From positions 1 to 39,910 of the forward strand of contig JACQLS010000021.1 in assembly GCA_016204005.1 (NCBI GenBank): a stretch of DNA of 39,910 nucleotides, written 5' to 3'. This document shows positions 38,042 through 39,910 of this stretch, piece by piece. Both the position numbers and the translations under genes were made by a program. How positions within the stretch are numbered: the stretch's first letter is position 1; every line of letters starts with the position of its first letter. This DNA is from Parcubacteria group bacterium. Lineage in GTDB: Bacteria; Patescibacteriota; Minisyncoccia; Phycocordibacterales; UBA2135. The notes beneath the pieces were generated by a model. It did no database searches. It was given only the letters and a program-made list of their open reading frames with translations, and was not told the origin of the DNA.

Positions 38042-38063
38042 GAGTTTATCCGCCTCTGGCGGA
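38042..38063. repeat. REP-like insert at the variable loop/T-stem of the outer tRNA
   Basis: GAGTTTA-TCCGCC-TCT-GGCGGA hairpin. Confidence 0.65.
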
Positions 38064-38073
38064 ACCTCTGTCT

Positions 38074-38138
38074 TATAATTGCAAACGAGGAAGAAAATGA
38101 AAATGCTATTTTCATTTTCTCCGAGCGCCGCAATTATA
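38074..38138 (-). repeat. Palindromic element, copy B (empty), in the outer tRNA anticodon insertion
   Basis: Minus strand TATAATTGC-GGCGCTCGGAGAAAATGAAAAT-AGC-ATTTTCATTTTCTTCCTCGTTT-GCAATTATA. Confidence 0.82.
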
Positions 38139-38146
38139 TCTTGTGC

Positions 38147-38317
38147 ATATAAACACAAACGAGGGAGAAAATGAGAGGGCGTACTTCTCTGTGTGCGGGC
38201 GGAAAGAATCGAACTTTCGACCTCTGTCTTATCAGGACAGCGTTCTACCACTGAACTACGCCCGCACACAAAAAACTAAAAGAGCTCTCTCACTTTTCCC
38301 GAGTGCCGTGTTTATAT
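38147..38317 (-). mobile_element. Palindromic element, copy A, carrying tRNA-Ile as its loop (MITE/REPIN-like)
   Basis: Arms ATATAAACAC-GGCACTCGGGAAAAGTGAGAGAGC ... GCCCTCTCATTTTCTCCCTCGTTT-GTGTTTATAT flank the tRNA; mobility is inferred, not shown. Confidence 0.65.
38194..38265 (-). tRNA. tRNA-Ile(GAU), intact, nested; CCA not encoded
   Basis: GCGGGCG-TA-GTTC-AGTGGTA-GAAC-G-CTGTC-CT-GAT-AA-GACAG-AGGTC-GAAAG-TTCGATT-CTTTC-CGCCCGC-A. Confidence 0.96.
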
Positions 38318-38385
38318 CATGATATACATCATGATATCAAGGACAGCGTTCTACCACTGAACTACACGCCCTCAGCAATGGCGTC

Positions 38386-38414
38386 ATAGTACCAAAAAAC
38401 CTCTATCCTCGCAA
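38386..38414 (-). promoter_or_regulatory. Sigma70-like promoter of the nested tRNA unit
   Basis: TTGCGA-17 nt-TACTAT (TGn-extended), 14 nt upstream of G1 of the outer tRNA. Confidence 0.68.
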
Positions 38415-38419
38415 CGGAT

Positions 38420-38752
38420 TTGCATAAAAAAAGACTTGTGGTATGCTTTTCAACTGGGAGCAAAACCAGGAGGTTGAGTGGTAATGAGGGACACGCATGC
38501 GGTTTAAGAGCGGTGAAAATGGTACACCGATTCGGGCAGATGAGGGAAGAAGTCGTGAACCGGGAGACAAGCCGGCCACATCCGCACCAAAGAACCCACG
38601 CACACAGGTGCGCCGACACCAACGTGCACGAGCACGAGTACGCGTCAAATCTCCGGACGACCCGCGCCGTCTCCCTTCTCAACTACAATTGGCGGAATCT
38701 ACCGCGCGATAAAAGCACCGTATCCCGCAGCGTTACAGACGCTGCTTTTTAA
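38420..38752 (+). other. Small transcription unit of uncertain nature (short His/Arg-rich CDS or ncRNA)
   Basis: TTGCAT-16-TATGCT at 38420-38447, AGGAGG near 38468, two overlapping open frames (38497-38712 and a frame ending at 38752), terminator GCAGCGT...ACGCTGC-TTTTT. Confidence 0.4.
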
Positions 38753-38780
38753 TGCTTGCATCTATGTTACAATACCCCTC

Positions 38781-39665
38781 ATGAGCGGAGACATATCTCA
38801 AAAAATTGTTGGTATCTACCACAAGAACTGCTTGGACGGCACAACTGCCGCCGCAGTGCTTCTCAAGCGATTCCCCAACGTACAGCTCTACTCCCTTGTG
38901 CGCTGGTATACCCCAGAGGACTTTGACCGTATACTCCATGATGTCGATGATACGACTATTGTCTACATTGTTGACTTCGGCTTAAACGAAGCAGAAGCTG
39001 TAAAACTTGCGGACAAGGCAAAAGAGGTAATCAACATTGACCACCACATCGGAACGAAAGAGGAAATCGAGAGCTTTGCAAAAAATCGCAGCAACTTCAC
39101 CTTCATCTTCGACAACGACCACGCAGGCGGCTCGCTTTCATGGATACACTTCTACGGCGAAGAGGGCATGCCAAAGTTTGTTCGCCTTGCCGAGCAAATT
39201 GATCTCTTCAAATTCACTCCGGACAATGAAGCCCACTCTCTTGCGGCAAATGCCACCTTTCTTATGAACAAACCCGAGGTGGTAAAAGAATACCTAGATG
39301 GAGACATAACTCCCCTCCTCCAAAAAGGAGCGGCGATACAAGAATTCCAAAATGCACTCGTCGAAGAATTCATGATAGGTGCCGAGCCGACTATGCTTAA
39401 GATCGGTGAGAAGCTTGTGCGCGCATATAATGCACCCGTCTTTCTCCGCTCAGAAATCGGCCACCGTCTCTCGACACAGTTTAATGAAGCGGTTGTCATT
39501 TTTCGCTTTATGGGAGAAGGCGTCCGATTGAGTTTTCGAGGAAACGACACCGACAACCCTTCCGCCATGGAGCTTGCAGAAGCGCTTGGGGGCACAGGTC
39601 ATCGGAATGCCGCAGGAGCCTTCGCGACTACCGAACAATTCATGAACATGATCGTCCACAAATAA
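38781..39665 (+). CDS. DHH/DHHA1 phosphoesterase (nanoRNase NrnB-like)
   Basis: IYHKNCLDG, IVDFG, INIDHH, IFDNDHAG, LSFRG, LGGTGHRNAAG. Confidence 0.88.
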   Translation: MSGDISQKIVGIYHKNCLDGTTAAAVLLKRFPNVQLYSLVRWYTPEDFDRILHDVDDTTIVYIVDFGLNEAEAVKLADKAKEVINIDHHIGTKEEIESFAKNRSNFTFIFDNDHAGGSLSWIHFYGEEGMPKFVRLAEQIDLFKFTPDNEAHSLAANATFLMNKPEVVKEYLDGDITPLLQKGAAIQEFQNALVEEFMIGAEPTMLKIGEKLVRAYNAPVFLRSEIGHRLSTQFNEAVVIFRFMGEGVRLSFRGNDTDNPSAMELAEALGGTGHRNAAGAFATTEQFMNMIVHK

Positions 39666-39694
39666 AAAACGTCACATTGACGTTTTTTATTTGT
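39658..39694. terminator. Bidirectional terminator between the DHH gene and the rRNA transcript
   Basis: ACAAATAAAAAACGTCA-CAT-TGACGTTTTTTATTTGT, 17-bp perfect stem. Confidence 0.8.
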
Positions 39695-39832
39695 AAAAAA
39701 TGAGGAGAGATGCTTTTTATTTTGTTCCGTTCACTACAGTCTCAACTTAGGGTTCCGAGACCAACACCTTCGTCTCACTTGTGATGAGACGATCGCCTGA
39801 TAAGACCTTAAACAATGTTTGAGGTCGCCTTA

Positions 39833-39910
39833 TCTGAAATAGTTCCACGAGCAGCTTCCGCTACCCGTGCCTTGTTACGACTTAGTCCCTGTCACCGAGC
39901 TTACCTTAGG
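39833..39910 (-). rRNA. rrs: 3' end of a 16S rRNA gene (partial; runs off the right edge; exact 3' end uncertain)
   Basis: Minus strand GGTGACAGGGACT-AAGTCGTAACAAGG (universal 1492 region), then helix 45 CACGGGTAGC-GGAA-GCTGCTCGTG. Confidence 0.93.

Larger units (their letters stand above)
37992..38371 (-). pseudogene. Interrupted outer tRNA-Ile-like gene (pseudogene or multiply spliced tRNA) enclosing a nested tRNA
   Basis: 5' half GGGCGTG-TA-GTTC-AGTGGTA-GAAC-G-CTGTC-CT at 38371-38340; anticodon 3' side TAT-AA-GACAG-AGGT at 38077-38064; GG-TTCGA at 38040-38034; TT-CCTTC-CACGCCC-A-CCA at 38009-37992. The acceptor halves pair 7/7. Confidence 0.85.

Noticed and set aside
38078..38339. Group I intron in the tRNA anticodon loop
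   Set aside because: No terminal G at a U33/34 junction and no P7 core visible; the insert is fully explained by hairpin elements plus a tRNA.
38333..38371. Duplicated tRNA 5' segment as the attL/attR of an integrated element
   Set aside because: It pairs with a matching 3' half ending in CCA at 37992-38009, has a different acceptor stem from the inner tRNA, and no integrase is present.
37992..38371. Outer tRNA as Ser(UGA) or Thr(UGU) through other junctions
   Set aside because: A73, G2-C71 and D/anticodon arms identical to tRNA-Ile argue against these identities.
38450..38750. RNase P RNA, tmRNA or SRP RNA
   Set aside because: No GAGGAAAGUCC, tRNA-like ends or SRP loop motif found.
39715..39830. 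5S rRNA downstream of the 16S
   Set aside because: Only a loose GAAC-like match; no terminal helix I pairing or recognisable 5S fold.
1..39910. CRISPR array, transposase or prophage
   Set aside because: No regularly spaced direct repeats and no cas, transposase or phage genes recognised.

Overview
This looks like a chromosomal fragment of a Patescibacteria/CPR (Parcubacteria-like) bacterium; that is an inference from gene content, the short REP-like repeats and the divergent 16S tail. About 1-24 kb is a surface-glycan cluster: GT4, GT2, exostosin-like and GT-C glycosyltransferases, Ugd, a nucleotidyltransferase, YvcK, AsnB, two UDP-glucuronate decarboxylase-like SDRs, two NDP-sugar C-methyltransferases and a Gfo/Idh/MocA reductase. 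About 24-34 kb holds envelope and housekeeping genes: an LTD/PKD surface protein, a VirD4/TrwB-like ATPase, DUF4015, rsmI, murC, a PgeF-like protein and murD. About 34-39.9 kb holds self-contained orphan genes, SemiSWEET, peroxiredoxin, tRNA-Leu, a DHH phosphoesterase and the 3' end of an unlinked 16S rRNA gene. The most striking feature is a nested tRNA locus at 37992-38371 (-): an intact tRNA-Ile(GAU) forms the apical loop of a palindromic element, and that element sits inside the anticodon loop of a second, interrupted tRNA-Ile-like gene, all between one promoter and one terminator. Other highlights are a 16S 3' end with no canonical anti-Shine-Dalgarno next to many leaderless-looking genes, a family of covarying hairpin elements, a methyltransferase-membrane domain fusion missed by the ORF track, and a UXS fused to half a glycosyltransferase. 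All functional calls come from motif recognition by eye; no searches were run.
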